Counted from the first letter of the stretch, positions 18,088 through 28,903 are shown. The stretch: DNA of 64,000 nt from Rhizobiaceae bacterium (GCA_963669285.2 CAXXSI010000019.1:78780-142779), one strand, 5' to 3'. Translations and numbers: made by a program. The notes: generated from the letters alone by a model not told the origin.

Positions 18088-19095
18088 ATGAGTGGTGGAA
18101 ATAATCCCTACGGCAACGGCACATCAGGCTACACAACAAATGTCAGCTATGGGTCCGAAAACGAAGCACCGCAGCCGGAACCGGCCCCGCAAGAGATTAT
18201 TTTGGGCGACGAACCAATTGGCGCCGGTGACTTGACCAAGGATACGACAACTGCCGGATTTACCGTCGATGTGATCCAGGAATCCCGTAATCAACCGGTT
18301 ATCGTTGATTTCTGGGCGCCGTGGTGCGGCCCGTGCAAGCAGTTGCAGCCGGCATTGGAAAAGGTCGTGCGTGAAGCCGGCGGCGCGGTCAAACTGGTCA
18401 AACTCAATATCGACGATCATCCGGCAATTCCTGGACAAATGGGCGTGCAATCGATCCCGGCGGTGTTTGCATTCAAGGACGGTCAACCGGTCGATGGATT
18501 TATGGGTGCGGTGCCGGAAAGCCAGATACGGGAATTTGTCGCAAAGCTCGGAAGCGGCGGCGCCAAGGACCGTATCGCCGAAGCAATTGAAGCCGCCAAT
18601 GCGGCACTGGAAGCTAAAGATTTCCAGTCGGCGGGACAGATGTTTTCCGCGATTGTGCAGCAATACCCTGACAATGCAGATGCCCTGGGCGGATTGGCGG
18701 AAGCGCTTTACGGGCTCGGGGAAACTGCGCAGGCAAAGCAAGTTCTGGAATCGGTCGCTGACGGCGACAAGGATAATCCTGCCGTTGCGAGCATTCGGGC
18801 AAAAATCGCGCTCGCCGAGCAGGTGGCCGAACTGGGTGATCCGGCGGAGCTTGAACGGCGGATACTGGCGGATCCGAAAGATCATCAGGCGCGCTTTGAT
18901 TTGGCAATGATCCAAAACGAACTCGGTATGCGGCAGGAAGCGGCTGACCATCTGCTGGAAATCATTCAGCTCGACCGTACATGGAATGATGACGGAGCCA
19001 GAACGCAATTGTTGCAGTTTTTTGATGCCTGGGGCGCAACCGATGAGGTAACATTGTCAGCGCGGCGAAAACTCTCGTCGCTGCTGTTTTCATAG
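18088..19095 (+). CDS. thioredoxin domain plus C-terminal TPR protein (YbbN/CnoX-like co-chaperone)
   Basis: 335 aa with FWAPWCGPCKQL and a TPR-like helical C-terminal half. Confidence 0.85.
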   Translation: MSGGNNPYGNGTSGYTTNVSYGSENEAPQPEPAPQEIILGDEPIGAGDLTKDTTTAGFTVDVIQESRNQPVIVDFWAPWCGPCKQLQPALEKVVREAGGAVKLVKLNIDDHPAIPGQMGVQSIPAVFAFKDGQPVDGFMGAVPESQIREFVAKLGSGGAKDRIAEAIEAANAALEAKDFQSAGQMFSAIVQQYPDNADALGGLAEALYGLGETAQAKQVLESVADGDKDNPAVASIRAKIALAEQVAELGDPAELERRILADPKDHQARFDLAMIQNELGMRQEAADHLLEIIQLDRTWNDDGARTQLLQFFDAWGATDEVTLSARRKLSSLLFS

Positions 19096-19196
19096 GTTAT
19101 TGCTTGCGTATGCGGGCTTGCGTTTTGCCACGGCTGCGCCAGATTACCCGATAGCAGCGAGGCGTAATAATTCCAGGCGGAGCAAGGGAGCTGAAC

Positions 19197-19868
19197 TTGC
19201 AGGTTGGAAATGCACACTACAACAAGGCATCGGACGTACCCGATCGCATAGCGGTCTTTCCTCTTGCCGCAGCCCTGTTGTTGCCCGGCGGGCGCATGCC
19301 GCTCAACATTTTCGAACCGCGATACCTGGAAATGGTTGATGACGTAATGAGCGGCGACCGTATCATCGGCATGATCCAACCGCGGCTTGACGGCGCCGTT
19401 CGAAAGGATGGCGAACCGGAATTGTGCGATGTCGGCTGCTGCGGGCGCATTACGTCTTGTGCGGAATCCGGTGACGGCCGGTATCTCATTTCGCTGCAGG
19501 GAATATGCCGCTTCCGGATCGAGGAGGAGCTGTCGGTCAGATCGCCCTACCGGCAGTGTCGCATCAAGCCCTTTGCGACCGATCTTGATCCTGATGCAGG
19601 CGAGAAAGAAGTTGATCGCGAATCCCTGTTGAAGGCATTTAGAGAGTATCTTGAGGCAAACGGAATGGAGGCCGACTGGGACAATGTCAGCCGGGCGGAA
19701 AACGGAACGTTAGTCAATGCGCTGTCGATGATGTCGCCTTATGGCCCGGCGGAAAAACAGGCTTTGCTGGAAGCGCCGGACCTGAAAACACGGGCCGAAA
19801 CGCTGGTGGCAATCACTGAGATATCCTTGGCCCGGGATAATGGAGACCTTGGCACCGGTCTGCAGTGA
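19197..19868 (+). CDS. LON peptidase substrate-binding (Lon N-terminal) domain protein
   Basis: 223 aa with the IAVFPL...LLPGGRMPLNIFEPRYLEM motif. Confidence 0.8.
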   Translation: MQVGNAHYNKASDVPDRIAVFPLAAALLLPGGRMPLNIFEPRYLEMVDDVMSGDRIIGMIQPRLDGAVRKDGEPELCDVGCCGRITSCAESGDGRYLISLQGICRFRIEEELSVRSPYRQCRIKPFATDLDPDAGEKEVDRESLLKAFREYLEANGMEADWDNVSRAENGTLVNALSMMSPYGPAEKQALLEAPDLKTRAETLVAITEISLARDNGDLGTGLQ

Positions 19869-19890
19869 CCGGCTGCACAGGAGTACAATC

Positions 19891-20127
19891 ATGGCGAAAA
19901 AGATACGCAAGGGAGAGATCGACCCAAAGCTGCTGGAGTTGCTCGCCTGTCCGTTGACGAAAGGTTCGCTCGAACATGACGTCAGCGCCCATACCTTGCG
20001 TTCAAGTTCCGCCAAGCTGGTCTATCCCGTGCGTGACGGTATTGCTGTGATGCTTCCTTCGGAGGCACAATCGCTTGAAGATGCCGAGCAATCGCGCCCT
20101 AACCCTTCCGATGGTGATACGAATTGA
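19891..20127 (+). CDS. Trm112/UPF0434 family protein
   Basis: ORF 19840..20127. Start at MAKKIRKGEIDPKLLELLACPLTKG...YPVRDGIAVMLPSEA. Confidence 0.7.
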   Translation: MAKKIRKGEIDPKLLELLACPLTKGSLEHDVSAHTLRSSSAKLVYPVRDGIAVMLPSEAQSLEDAEQSRPNPSDGDTN

Positions 20128-20148
20128 CCGATTGGCTTACCTGAATCG

Positions 20149-20709
20149 ATGAAACGCGGTGAAAGGAACCGGGCAGCCCTGGTGGCGGCTGCGGCACATC
20201 TGTTCTGGCATGAGGGCTACGAAGCAACCAGCCTCGCCGATATCGCCAAGGCTTCGAATGTCCCGTTGGGGAATATCTATTATTATTTTCCCAGCAAGGC
20301 GGACTTTGCCCTGGCCGTTGCCGATGTGTTCGTCGCAGAAACCGAATCGATGCTTTCCGAACTGGAAAAGGAAAGCGACAAACCGCGTGAGCGGCTTTCT
20401 CTTCTGGTCGAACGATTGGCGCGAAGCCTGAAGAACCGGGTGGCGCATGGGTGTCCGATTGCGTTTGCGGTGCGTGATTTTTCATCCTCGGCGCCGGTGG
20501 CCTCAAAGCGGGCGGGCGAAAGTTTTTCGCTGCTGACAGGGTTTATCGCCCGGGAGCTGGGCCGAACCGGGATGCGGCCGTCACTGGCACTTGCGGCCGC
20601 ACGTGGCGCTGTTGCCGAATGGCAGGGTGGGATGATGCTTGCCTTCGCGCTCAAGGATGCGGCGGTTCTATCGGAGAGTTTTCGCCGCATGGAACAGATG
20701 CTTGCCTGA
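20149..20709 (+). CDS. TetR/AcrR family transcriptional regulator
   Basis: 186 aa with an N-terminal HTH (AAAHLFWHEGYEATSLADIAKASNVPLGNIYYYFPSK). Confidence 0.85.
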   Translation: MKRGERNRAALVAAAAHLFWHEGYEATSLADIAKASNVPLGNIYYYFPSKADFALAVADVFVAETESMLSELEKESDKPRERLSLLVERLARSLKNRVAHGCPIAFAVRDFSSSAPVASKRAGESFSLLTGFIARELGRTGMRPSLALAAARGAVAEWQGGMMLAFALKDAAVLSESFRRMEQMLA

Positions 20710-20710
20710 T

Positions 20711-23700
20711 CTAGTGAAAGTTGCGCCCCTTTGGCATGACCTTGTCTGTCGAGCTGGCAAGCTTGGCGTAATCGGTTTTCAGGTCCGGCTGTTCGCGCAT
20801 CAAGCGGATCAGGCGCGAGCGCGGCGTAATGCGACGCCCCATATCGGCAACCGGTCGGCGTACCTCGTCGGCGTTGGCCAGACTGTCGATCACCGGCGCC
20901 TTTTCCGACAGTTCCGCCAGCATTGGCGTCAGGTCTTCGATGCGGTCGGCGATAATGTGAATGACACCGGATTCACACTGCAGTTTGCCGCGAACACCAA
21001 CAAAGCGCGAGCCGAGCACCAGCGGACGGAAGCGCTCGAAGGTTTTGGGCCAGACAATGATGTTGGCAATTGACGTTTCGTCCTCCAGCGTCATGAAGAT
21101 AACACCCTTGGCCGAACCCGGTCGCTGGCGCACCAAGACCAGACCTGCAACCGAAACGCGGCGGCCATTGGCGATGTCCGGCAGTCTTTCATTAGCGATC
21201 ACACCGCGTTCGGCTAGTGGATTGCGCAGGAAAGAAACGGGATGGGCCTTTAGAGACATGGATAGCGACCGGTAATCGTGGATCACATGTTCACCAAGCG
21301 GCATCGGTGGCAAAGCGACGTCGGGTTCCAGGTCACGCAGCTGCCCTGCCGTCAGATCGAACAGCGGCAGACATTCGGTTGCCGACTTCGCGCCGAGTGC
21401 TTGAACGGCCCAGAGCGCTGCGCGCCGGTCAAGGCCAAGCGAGCGGAAGGCATCGGCCTCGGCCAGTTTTGCAATCGCATGGACCTCCAGCCCTGACCGC
21501 AGCCAAAGGTCGCGCACGGAATCGTAGCCTCTGTCGCGCGCAGCCACCAGTTTTTCGGCATCTTCCTCACCAAACCCCTTGATCTGGCGCAAGCCAAGAC
21601 GCACGGTATGCCGGGTGTCGATGATGCCTCTCATCGATTCATGCCGGTTCATAACTTTATCCGGCTTGAAAGCGGTTGGTTCCAGCAGACTGTCCCATGT
21701 CGAGTGATTGATATCGGCGGGCCTGACCTCGACGCCGTGTTCGCGGGCATCGCGCACCAGCTGTGCCGGCGCATAAAACCCCATGGGCTGTGAATTCAGC
21801 ATCGCGGCGCAAAAGACATCCGGATAAAAACACTTCAGCCAGCAGGAAGCGTAGACCAACAGCGCAAATGAGGCGGCATGGCTTTCGGGAAAGCCGTATT
21901 CACCAAACCCTTCGATCTGGCGAAAACAGCGCTCGGCATAGTCCTTTTCGTAGCCATTGGCGACCATGCCGTCGATCATCTTCTGCTGAAAAGTATGGAT
22001 CGTGCCGACGCGCCGGAAGGTGGCCATGGCCCGGCGCAGCCGATCGGCCTCGCCGGGGGCGAAACCGGCAGCGACGATGGCGATCTGCATGGCCTGCTCC
22101 TGAAACAGCGGAACGCCCATGGTTTTGCCGAGCACTTTGCGCAGCGCCTCACTGGGATAGGAGACGGGTTCGATGCCCTGTCTTCGGCGCAGATAGGGGT
22201 GTACCATGTCGCCCTGGATCGGGCCGGGCCGCACGATCGCCACTTCGATGACGAGATCATAGAATTTGCGCGGACGCAGACGCGGTAGCATCGACATCTG
22301 GGCCCGCGATTCGATCTGAAAAACGCCAAGCGTGTCGGCCCGGCAAATCATGTCGTAGACATCGGTGTCCTCCTTCGGCATGGAGGCCAGCGACATCGGC
22401 TGATCATAATGATTTTCCAGCAGTTTGAAGGCGCGTCTGAGACAGGTCAGCATACCGAGCGCCAAAATGTCGATTTTCAGCATGCCGAGCGCATCAAGAT
22501 CGTCCTTGTCCCATTCGACCATGGTGCGGTCTTCCATTGCCGTCCGGGTGATCGGCACGACCTCGTCAAGACGGTCTTCGGTGATGACGAAGCCACCGAC
22601 ATGTTGCGACAGGTGACGCGGGAAACCGGCGATTTCGGTGGAAAGCGACAGGGTGTATCGGGTGGCGTCATCGGTCATATCGAGACCGGCCGCCTTTGCC
22701 TCACGCTCGCCAAGCTGCGAAGCTGACGAACCCCAGATGGAACCGGACAAGGCCGACATCACGTCTTCGGACAAGCCCATTGCCTTGGCTACTTCGCGCA
22801 TGGCCGAGCGTGAACGGTAGGTGATGACGGTTGCGGCCAGGCCGGTACGGTCGCGGCCGTATTTCTCGTAAATGTACTGGATCACCTCCTCGCGGCGCTC
22901 ATGTTCGAAATCGACATCGATATCCGGCGGTTCGCGCCGCTCCGGCGAGATGAAACGTTCGAAAAGAAGGTCTGCCATCGCCGGGTCGACCGCGGTAATG
23001 CCGATGCAGTAACAGATGGTGGAATTGGCGGCCGAACCGCGGCCCTGGCACAAAATGTCCTGGCTGCGGGCAAATTGCACGATATCGTGGACGGTCAGAA
23101 AGTAGGGCGCGTATTTAAGCTCCTCGATCAATTCCAGTTCATGCCGGATCTGTCCCTTGATCTTTTCCGGTACGGTGTCGCCATACCGCTCCGCAGCGCC
23201 CAACCAGGCAAGCCGCTCGAGTTCTTCCTGCGGTGTGGCGCCCTCGCCAAAACACTCCTTGGGGTAGTTGTATTTCAGCTCATCGAGCGAGAAAGAGAGC
23301 TTTTCAGCGAATTTTTGCGTTTCGGCCAATGCCGCTTGATGGCCGGAAAAAAGCCTGGCCATTTCCTGTGGCCCCTTCAGATGGCGTTCGGCATTGGGCA
23401 GGAGATCGCGACCGGCCTCGCCGACCGGCACATGCAGGCGGATTGCGGTGACAACATCCTGAAGCTTGCGGCGTTCCGGCCCGTGATAGAGTGCATCATT
23501 GACAGCCATCAGCGGCACACCGGCCCGCTGTGCCGTTGCCGCAGCCGTTTCCAGACAGAACCGGTCAGTTGGACCATAGATCGGTGCTGCGGCCAGACGA
23601 ACGCTGCCACCAAAACACAGATCAAGTTCTTGCAGCAGCGCAGCGCAGTCCTCAGGGCTGCAATCGGGCTGCCAGAGTACTGCTAGCTCCAATGCCTCGC

Positions 23701-24070
23701 CCCAATCGACAAGGTCGCCGAAAAGAAGATCAGGCGCACCTTTTTCGCCGCGCAAATTGGCTGTTGTCAGCATGCGGCAGAGATGCGCCCAACCCTGACG
23801 GTTTGCCGGATAGGCGAGAACTTCGAAACAACAGTCGGAAAATACCAACCTGGCGCCCGGATGGTAGGCAAGGCCTGCCTCCTTTGCCGCCTGATGGGCA
23901 CGCACGACGCCTGAAACCGTATTGCGGTCGGCCAGGCCAAGGGCAGCAAGGCCCAGCCGCTTCGCCGTGACCACCAGTTCTTCGGGATGCGATGCGCCAC
24001 GCAGAAAGGAAAAGTTCGATTGTACGGAAAATTCGGCGAAGGCCGGTATCGAGACGTTACGGGTTGTCAT
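20711..24070 (-). CDS. dnaE2: error-prone DNA polymerase DnaE2 (ImuC)
   Basis: ORF 20711..24097. Start at [33 protein letters not shown] shares 1 nt with the imuB stop (TGATG). Pol III alpha PHP and polymerase core. Last gene of the imuA-imuB-dnaE2 cassette. Confidence 0.9.
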   Translation of the reverse strand: MTTRNVSIPAFAEFSVQSNFSFLRGASHPEELVVTAKRLGLAALGLADRNTVSGVVRAHQAAKEAGLAYHPGARLVFSDCCFEVLAYPANRQGWAHLCRMLTTANLRGEKGAPDLLFGDLVDWGEALELAVLWQPDCSPEDCAALLQELDLCFGGSVRLAAAPIYGPTDRFCLETAAATAQRAGVPLMAVNDALYHGPERRKLQDVVTAIRLHVPVGEAGRDLLPNAERHLKGPQEMARLFSGHQAALAETQKFAEKLSFSLDELKYNYPKECFGEGATPQEELERLAWLGAAERYGDTVPEKIKGQIRHELELIEELKYAPYFLTVHDIVQFARSQDILCQGRGSAANSTICYCIGITAVDPAMADLLFERFISPERREPPDIDVDFEHERREEVIQYIYEKYGRDRTGLAATVITYRSRSAMREVAKAMGLSEDVMSALSGSIWGSSASQLGEREAKAAGLDMTDDATRYTLSLSTEIAGFPRHLSQHVGGFVITEDRLDEVVPITRTAMEDRTMVEWDKDDLDALGMLKIDILALGMLTCLRRAFKLLENHYDQPMSLASMPKEDTDVYDMICRADTLGVFQIESRAQMSMLPRLRPRKFYDLVIEVAIVRPGPIQGDMVHPYLRRRQGIEPVSYPSEALRKVLGKTMGVPLFQEQAMQIAIVAAGFAPGEADRLRRAMATFRRVGTIHTFQQKMIDGMVANGYEKDYAERCFRQIEGFGEYGFPESHAASFALLVYASCWLKCFYPDVFCAAMLNSQPMGFYAPAQLVRDAREHGVEVRPADINHSTWDSLLEPTAFKPDKVMNRHESMRGIIDTRHTVRLGLRQIKGFGEEDAEKLVAARDRGYDSVRDLWLRSGLEVHAIAKLAEADAFRSLGLDRRAALWAVQALGAKSATECLPLFDLTAGQLRDLEPDVALPPMPLGEHVIHDYRSLSMSLKAHPVSFLRNPLAERGVIANERLPDIANGRRVSVAGLVLVRQRPGSAKGVIFMTLEDETSIANIIVWPKTFERFRPLVLGSRFVGVRGKLQCESGVIHIIADRIEDLTPMLAELSEKAPVIDSLANADEVRRPVADMGRRITPRSRLIRLMREQPDLKTDYAKLASSTDKVMPKGRNFH

Positions 24071-25698
24071 CAGGCAAATATCCCGTGCATGAACCAACGC
24101 GGCGTGCCGGTTGCTTCAGTTGCATAAAGCCCCCGACGATAAAGCCAGTAACGCCGCCCGGCCTCGTCCTCGATGCGGTAATAGTCGCGTGGCCGGGTTT
24201 CTTCCTCCCGCCACCATTCCGGCTCGATGCGTTCGGGGCCTTCAGCGGCGACAACGCGATGCAAGGCCCGGCGCCAGCGGAAGGTTATGGGCGGCCCTTC
24301 CGGCACTTCGGCCATGGCTTCGACCGGCTCGGGCCGCTCAAAAAGCCGGATTGGGCGTGGCGGAAAGGCATTTTCCCTTTGGCCTGGTTTGCCGCTCTGA
24401 TCATTCTTTGTCTTTTGTGGTTCGGCGATGCCGGCAAAGGCGATCATGGCAACGGCGCGTTCGGGTATATGGCTCTCCTTGAGGGCGGGCTGAAAGATGG
24501 CGGTTTTGCCAAGCCGGGCATGAATGCGGTCAATCAGCCGGGCCAGGTCTTCCTGGTTGGACAGATCATCACCGGCAAGATCCGCCTGTTGGCTGTCGAA
24601 GGGTGCTGACGCCAGTACCGAAAGGCGCACAACCTCGTAACCGTATCCGGCATCAACCGCATCTTCGAGTGCGGTCAGTCTTTCAGCGAACAACCGTGTG
24701 ATCAGCGGCGGATCACGCGCAGGCCGCGACATGCCGACCGCCATGCGATGCACTGCGCCATCGACCCGGAAGAGCGACAATTCGACAGCTCTTGCGCCTT
24801 CGCCGCGCTGTTCGAGATGCATTTTCAGCGTTGTGCAAAGCAATCCGGTCAGGCGTTCGATATCCTCCATGCTCGATACCGGGTCGGCCAGCCGGCGCTC
24901 CACGGAGAGTTCAGTCACAGCCATGCGCGGCGAGACAGGCTCATCAAGCTTTCCAAGTGCCTGATCGAGGCGGGTAAGCACCTGCGCGCCATAACGGCGG
25001 GTGAGCGGTGCGCGGTGCGCTTGCATGATCGCGCCGATGGTTCTCAGGCCCACGCTTTCAATCCGTGTGATGGTTTCGGCATCAAGACGTAGCGCATTAA
25101 GCGGAAAAGGCTTGAGCGTTTCGCTCTCCAAGCCGGTTTCGACGATCCGGCTTTCGCCGCATGCCGCCGCCATATACCGCGCGACAGCCCAGGCTGTTCC
25201 CGGTGTTGAGGCGAGACCGGCGCGAACGTCAAACCCCTGATGAAACAGGCGGGAAAGCAAATCGACCAAGAGCGCTTTTTCTCCGCCAAAAAGATGCGCA
25301 CAGCCGGTGATATCGAGAAACAAGCCGTCGGCGCCATCCAGAGCGACCAGCGGTGTGTATCGATCGCACCAATCGGCAAGGCTGGTGAGCAGCCTGTGAT
25401 CGGCTTGCGGTTCAGCCTCGATGAATTCAAGGGCAGGATGCATAGCGCGGGCATCGGTTAATCCCATGCCGCGTTTCAGCCCCAGGGCGACGGCGTGTTC
25501 GCAAAGGGCGGCGATGCGCCTGGCGTTGCGATCGTCATGGCTCACTGCCAGCGGCGGATATTCAGCCCGCCTGGCGGCGGCGGCCGGGTTCGAACGCCAC
25601 GACCGGCCGAAGCGCTGGCGCATGATCCTGTCGGTCGACAGAAGAGGAAACCACAGCGACACGACCCTCTGGTTGCCGCTCACAAAAGCGCTGCTCAT
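24070..25698 (-). CDS. imuB: Y-family polymerase-like protein ImuB
   Basis: ORF 24070..25839. Start moved to [24 protein letters not shown]. UmuC-like fold lacking an obvious catalytic acidic triad by eye. Position between imuA and dnaE2. Confidence 0.85.
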   Translation of the reverse strand: MSSAFVSGNQRVVSLWFPLLSTDRIMRQRFGRSWRSNPAAAARRAEYPPLAVSHDDRNARRIAALCEHAVALGLKRGMGLTDARAMHPALEFIEAEPQADHRLLTSLADWCDRYTPLVALDGADGLFLDITGCAHLFGGEKALLVDLLSRLFHQGFDVRAGLASTPGTAWAVARYMAAACGESRIVETGLESETLKPFPLNALRLDAETITRIESVGLRTIGAIMQAHRAPLTRRYGAQVLTRLDQALGKLDEPVSPRMAVTELSVERRLADPVSSMEDIERLTGLLCTTLKMHLEQRGEGARAVELSLFRVDGAVHRMAVGMSRPARDPPLITRLFAERLTALEDAVDAGYGYEVVRLSVLASAPFDSQQADLAGDDLSNQEDLARLIDRIHARLGKTAIFQPALKESHIPERAVAMIAFAGIAEPQKTKNDQSGKPGQRENAFPPRPIRLFERPEPVEAMAEVPEGPPITFRWRRALHRVVAAEGPERIEPEWWREEETRPRDYYRIEDEAGRRYWLYRRGLYATEATGTPRWFMHGIFA

Positions 25699-26566
25699 CG
25701 TTCTTCCACTCCAGTGTGAAATGCCGGCCCGGATTGGCGCGGCACTTGTTGATTTCAACGTTGAAGGCCGGCGCGCCGAGCGAACGGTTGAGCGGCCGGC
25801 CGAAAATCTCGCGAGGGCGGGCGGGCGCGGCAAAGACACAAAGCCTGACCGGTGCAGCGGTCGGCTCCTTTGTCGCCGACACCCTCAGCAAAAATACGGG
25901 CCTGCCGGCGGTGCGGGCGCGGCGGTGCAGCCGCCGGGTTGCCGTCAGGTCGAGGCTTGGCGGATTGCCGCGAATCTCGATGATGATGGCGCCAAGGGCG
26001 GAAAGCCCTGCGGCCTCACCGGCGATCCACAGCGCGTCAAGCGGCTTTCCTGCCTGCGCAAACAGCAATGCCTGGTAGGGAATGTCGAACAGGCCGGTGA
26101 TGCCGGGCGTATGCGGAAACCCGGTTTCAGCGGCCATGTCGGCAGTGCCAACCCATAACAGGGGTGATTGCCTGCTGCCTGTTGTACCCGGTTGTTCGGC
26201 CCGTTGTCTGCGGGTGAGGCTTGCAAGCGCCAGTGCAAACCCCGATACGGCGCCGGCGTCGCGCGCCTCACGCCCGTATATTTCGCACAGGGCAGCCTGC
26301 GGCAGGCCGCCGCCAAGGGCGTCGTCAAAAGCCGCCGCGCCGCTCCGTAGAAGATGCGGTGCGGCGATAGTGTGACTGGCGCCTGCCGGCAGGCCATTCT
26401 GACGAACGATGTCGATTTCACCGGCCTTCAGGGTCTGGCGGGCTGCCATCGCATCTGGCTGCACGGCGACGGGCTCGGCAAACCGTTGCGGCAACGTGCC
26501 TTCAATCGCAGCAATTTGTTGGCGCAGATCATGCAATAGCTGCCGCGCCACGGCGTTTTGCACCAT
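25562..26566 (-). CDS. imuA: RecA/SulA-like cell-division-inhibitor-type protein ImuA
   Basis: 334 aa beginning MVQNAVARQLLHDLRQQIAAIEG. First gene of the cassette, with a LexA box 27 nt upstream. The 3' end overlaps imuB by 137 nt. Confidence 0.75.
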   Translation of the reverse strand: MVQNAVARQLLHDLRQQIAAIEGTLPQRFAEPVAVQPDAMAARQTLKAGEIDIVRQNGLPAGASHTIAAPHLLRSGAAAFDDALGGGLPQAALCEIYGREARDAGAVSGFALALASLTRRQRAEQPGTTGSRQSPLLWVGTADMAAETGFPHTPGITGLFDIPYQALLFAQAGKPLDALWIAGEAAGLSALGAIIIEIRGNPPSLDLTATRRLHRRARTAGRPVFLLRVSATKEPTAAPVRLCVFAAPARPREIFGRPLNRSLGAPAFNVEINKCRANPGRHFTLEWKNDEQRFCERQPEGRVAVVSSSVDRQDHAPALRPVVAFEPGRRRQAG

Positions 26567-26592
26567 GCCAATCGTGCCCCTGCGAGCAATAT

Positions 26593-26607
26593 GTTCCTGT
26601 TATGTTC
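26593..26607. promoter_or_regulatory. alphaproteobacterial LexA (SOS) box GTTC-N7-GTTC
   Basis: GTTCCTGTTATGTTC lies 27-41 nt upstream of the imuA start. It matches the direct-repeat SOS operator described for Rhizobiales/Rhodobacter/Caulobacter. Confidence 0.7.
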
Positions 26608-26764
26608 TTATCGATTCCAGAGTGTGCATGAGGAGTCAAGCAAATTATTAAGAATCTTTTCCTTTGACGGGGCGGAATTGCCGCTGCAGGTGAAAAAAAC
26701 TCGAAACCGAACCGACTTGCCTATATACGCCGATAGATGGCCGAAGACGGCCCAGGGACAAAGA

Positions 26765-27202
26765 ATGGACCGCATATATCCAACCCGCGTCTGGCGCGAC
26801 CAGCTTTCGCCATCGCTTGCCGAAATGGAAATGCTGGCAATCGAGGTCTATGCACACCTACCGGATGAATTCCGCAAACTGACCGGCGAGATCATCATCC
26901 AGTTTGCCGAATACCCGACAGAAGAGATCATGGACGATCTGGCGCTTGAAACGCCGTTCGACCTGATGGGCCTGTTCGAAGGGCGAGGCATCGCCGAACG
27001 CTGGAATCCGCAGACCGGTGAAGGCGTAAACCGCATCACGCTCTACCGGCGCGCCATGCTCGATTATTGGGCCGAAAACGAGGAAACGCTGGGCGATATC
27101 ATCGCCCATGTGCTGATCCACGAGTTGGGTCACCATTTCGGGCTGAGCGACGATGACATGGCGCGTATCGAAGCCGGCGTCGAGGCAACGGCAAATCAGT
27201 AA
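26765..27202 (+). CDS. small zinc metallopeptidase-family protein (HExxH)
   Basis: ORF 26558..27202. Start moved to MDRIYPTRV. Contains the HELGHHFGLSDDDM motif. Confidence 0.7.
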   Translation: MDRIYPTRVWRDQLSPSLAEMEMLAIEVYAHLPDEFRKLTGEIIIQFAEYPTEEIMDDLALETPFDLMGLFEGRGIAERWNPQTGEGVNRITLYRRAMLDYWAENEETLGDIIAHVLIHELGHHFGLSDDDMARIEAGVEATANQ

Positions 27203-27230
27203 TCAATGCCCGAACAAATCGGCGTGCTAC

Positions 27231-27437
27231 CTACCGTTCCCCCAGTTTCATTGCCGGATCGTATTCTTTGCCTTCGATTTCCTTGACCACTGCCTGGCCG
27301 CAGCGCATTTCGCCTTTGTCCGCATCAAATGCGTAGGTCGGCGAACCGTGCAGCGACCAGCCCTTGTTCAGCGCCGCGGTAACCTTGTGACAAAAGCACG
27401 AATCGTCGGGTCCGCTCAAAAACCGGTATAGCTTCAA
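27231..27437 (-). CDS. DUF1737 domain protein
   Basis: 68 aa starting at TTG. MKLYRFLSGPDDSCFCHKVTAALNKGWSLHGSP is typical of DUF1737. Confidence 0.7.
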   Translation of the reverse strand: MKLYRFLSGPDDSCFCHKVTAALNKGWSLHGSPTYAFDADKGEMRCGQAVVKEIEGKEYDPAMKLGER

Positions 27438-27754
27438 CTGTTCAGATCTCCCGATAAGTGCGCGCCATAATCACCGGATATGCGCTTGCCATGCCGATTG
27501 CGTTGCCGCAAGCCGCAATCGGTGTTCGACCCCTTATCAGAGCGCTTCGAACGGTGAAGCCACTACTGCGGAGTTGACGTGACGGGGCAGCATCACTATC
27601 TGCTGCGCACATAAGGGCTGGAAGCGCCCGCCGTCCGCGACCTGATGGTTTGGTGAAGCTTCTCATTTCATTTTTCGTTTCGATGCCGGAATTGGCCGAA
27701 ACGGCAATGCGGACTCCGTTTTCATCAGACCAGATCCGGATTTGGAGCGAAACG

Positions 27755-28177
27755 ATGACTGAGAGTATTGATTACAAGCAATTCGCCCGACGATTGCGCA
27801 CTGGACTTGCCGAAGACGGTATCTCGCTTTCGCATTCGAAAGCGCTTGAACTTGTCGCGCGGCAGTTCGGTGCGCGTGACTGGAACACGCTGGCGGCTCG
27901 CGAAGACGACCTAGATGCAAGCCCGTTTTCGGTTGGCCAGCGGGTCGAAGGCACGTTCAACGACAAGCCGGCCATGGGACGGGTGATCGGACTTTCCGAA
28001 ACGATCAAGCCCGATCTGTGGCGGATTACCGTTAAATTCGATCCGCCTGTCGATGTTGTGACGTCGACGCTGTTCTCGTCCGAACGCCGCCGCATCACCA
28101 TGATTATCGGTGCTGACGGCCGCTCGCACCGTCTCACAGGTACCGAAACGGGTGTCATGGCACTCAAGGCTGCGTAG
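27755..28177 (+). CDS. hypothetical protein with an N-terminal 'SHSxALELVAxxxGxxDWNTL' helical motif
   Basis: ORF 27650..28177. Start moved to the ATG at 27755 (GGAG 7 nt upstream). The N-terminal motif resembles the small domain found on some glyoxalase-superfamily proteins. The C-terminal ~90 aa looks beta-rich and I do not recognise it. Confidence 0.5.
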   Translation: MTESIDYKQFARRLRTGLAEDGISLSHSKALELVARQFGARDWNTLAAREDDLDASPFSVGQRVEGTFNDKPAMGRVIGLSETIKPDLWRITVKFDPPVDVVTSTLFSSERRRITMIIGADGRSHRLTGTETGVMALKAA

Positions 28178-28187
28178 CCGTCAATTT

Positions 28188-28214
28188 ACGGTTCGGGACT
28201 ATGTCCCGAACCGT
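28188..28214 (+). terminator. perfect 12-bp hairpin (possible terminator or RNA structure) upstream of leuD
   Basis: ACGGTTCGGGAC-TAT-GTCCCGAACCGT lies 11 nt after the stop at 28177. No U-tract follows. Confidence 0.35.
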
Positions 28215-28292
28215 GATGCGCTTGATTCATTTGCTTCATTGGTGCAAATCGAGCGCTTCGAACAAGGATCAAACCAAAGGCCGCAGTCGGTA

Positions 28293-28898
28293 ATGGACAA
28301 ATTCACAAAACTCACCGGGGTCGCAGCACCTCTGCCGATCGTCAATGTCGATACCGACATGATCATCCCCAAGGATTATCTGAAAACCATCAAGCGCACC
28401 GGTCTCGGGTCAGGACTGTTTGCCGAGATGCGGTTCAACGAGGACGGAACGGAAAACGAGGAATTTGTTCTCAACAAACCGGCATACCGCAACGCACAGA
28501 TTTTGGTCGCCGGCGACAATTTCGGCTGCGGTTCTTCACGCGAGCATGCGCCGTGGGCCTTGCTCGATTTCGGTATCCGCTGTGTGATTTCGACGAGCTT
28601 TGCCGACATTTTCTACAATAACTGTTTCAAGAACGGCATTTTACCAATCCAGGTCAGTCCTGAAGATCTGGACAAGCTGATGGACGATGCCGAACGCGGA
28701 GCCAATGCCACAATCACCGTCGATCTGGAGGAGATGGCGATTCGCGGGCCCGACGGCGGCGTCATCAACTTCGATCTCGATGAATTCAAGCGCCATTGTC
28801 TGCTGAATGGTATCGACGACATCGGGCTTACGATGGAAAAATCAGCTTCAATCGACGCCTACGAGAAAAAGGCTGCTACTGCCCGACCCTGGGCCTAG
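28293..28898 (+). CDS. leuD: 3-isopropylmalate dehydratase small subunit LeuD
   Basis: ORF 28110..28898. Start at [27 protein letters not shown], with [17 protein letters not shown]. Confidence 0.92.
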   Translation: MDKFTKLTGVAAPLPIVNVDTDMIIPKDYLKTIKRTGLGSGLFAEMRFNEDGTENEEFVLNKPAYRNAQILVAGDNFGCGSSREHAPWALLDFGIRCVISTSFADIFYNNCFKNGILPIQVSPEDLDKLMDDAERGANATITVDLEEMAIRGPDGGVINFDLDEFKRHCLLNGIDDIGLTMEKSASIDAYEKKAATARPWA

Positions 28899-28903
28899 AA
28901 CAG

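Noticed and set aside
27442-27666. 74-aa minus-strand ORF in the long intergenic region.
   Set aside because: It has no SD and an Arg/Ala/Ser-rich composition with no motif. It overlaps the probable promoter and 5' UTR of both flanking genes.
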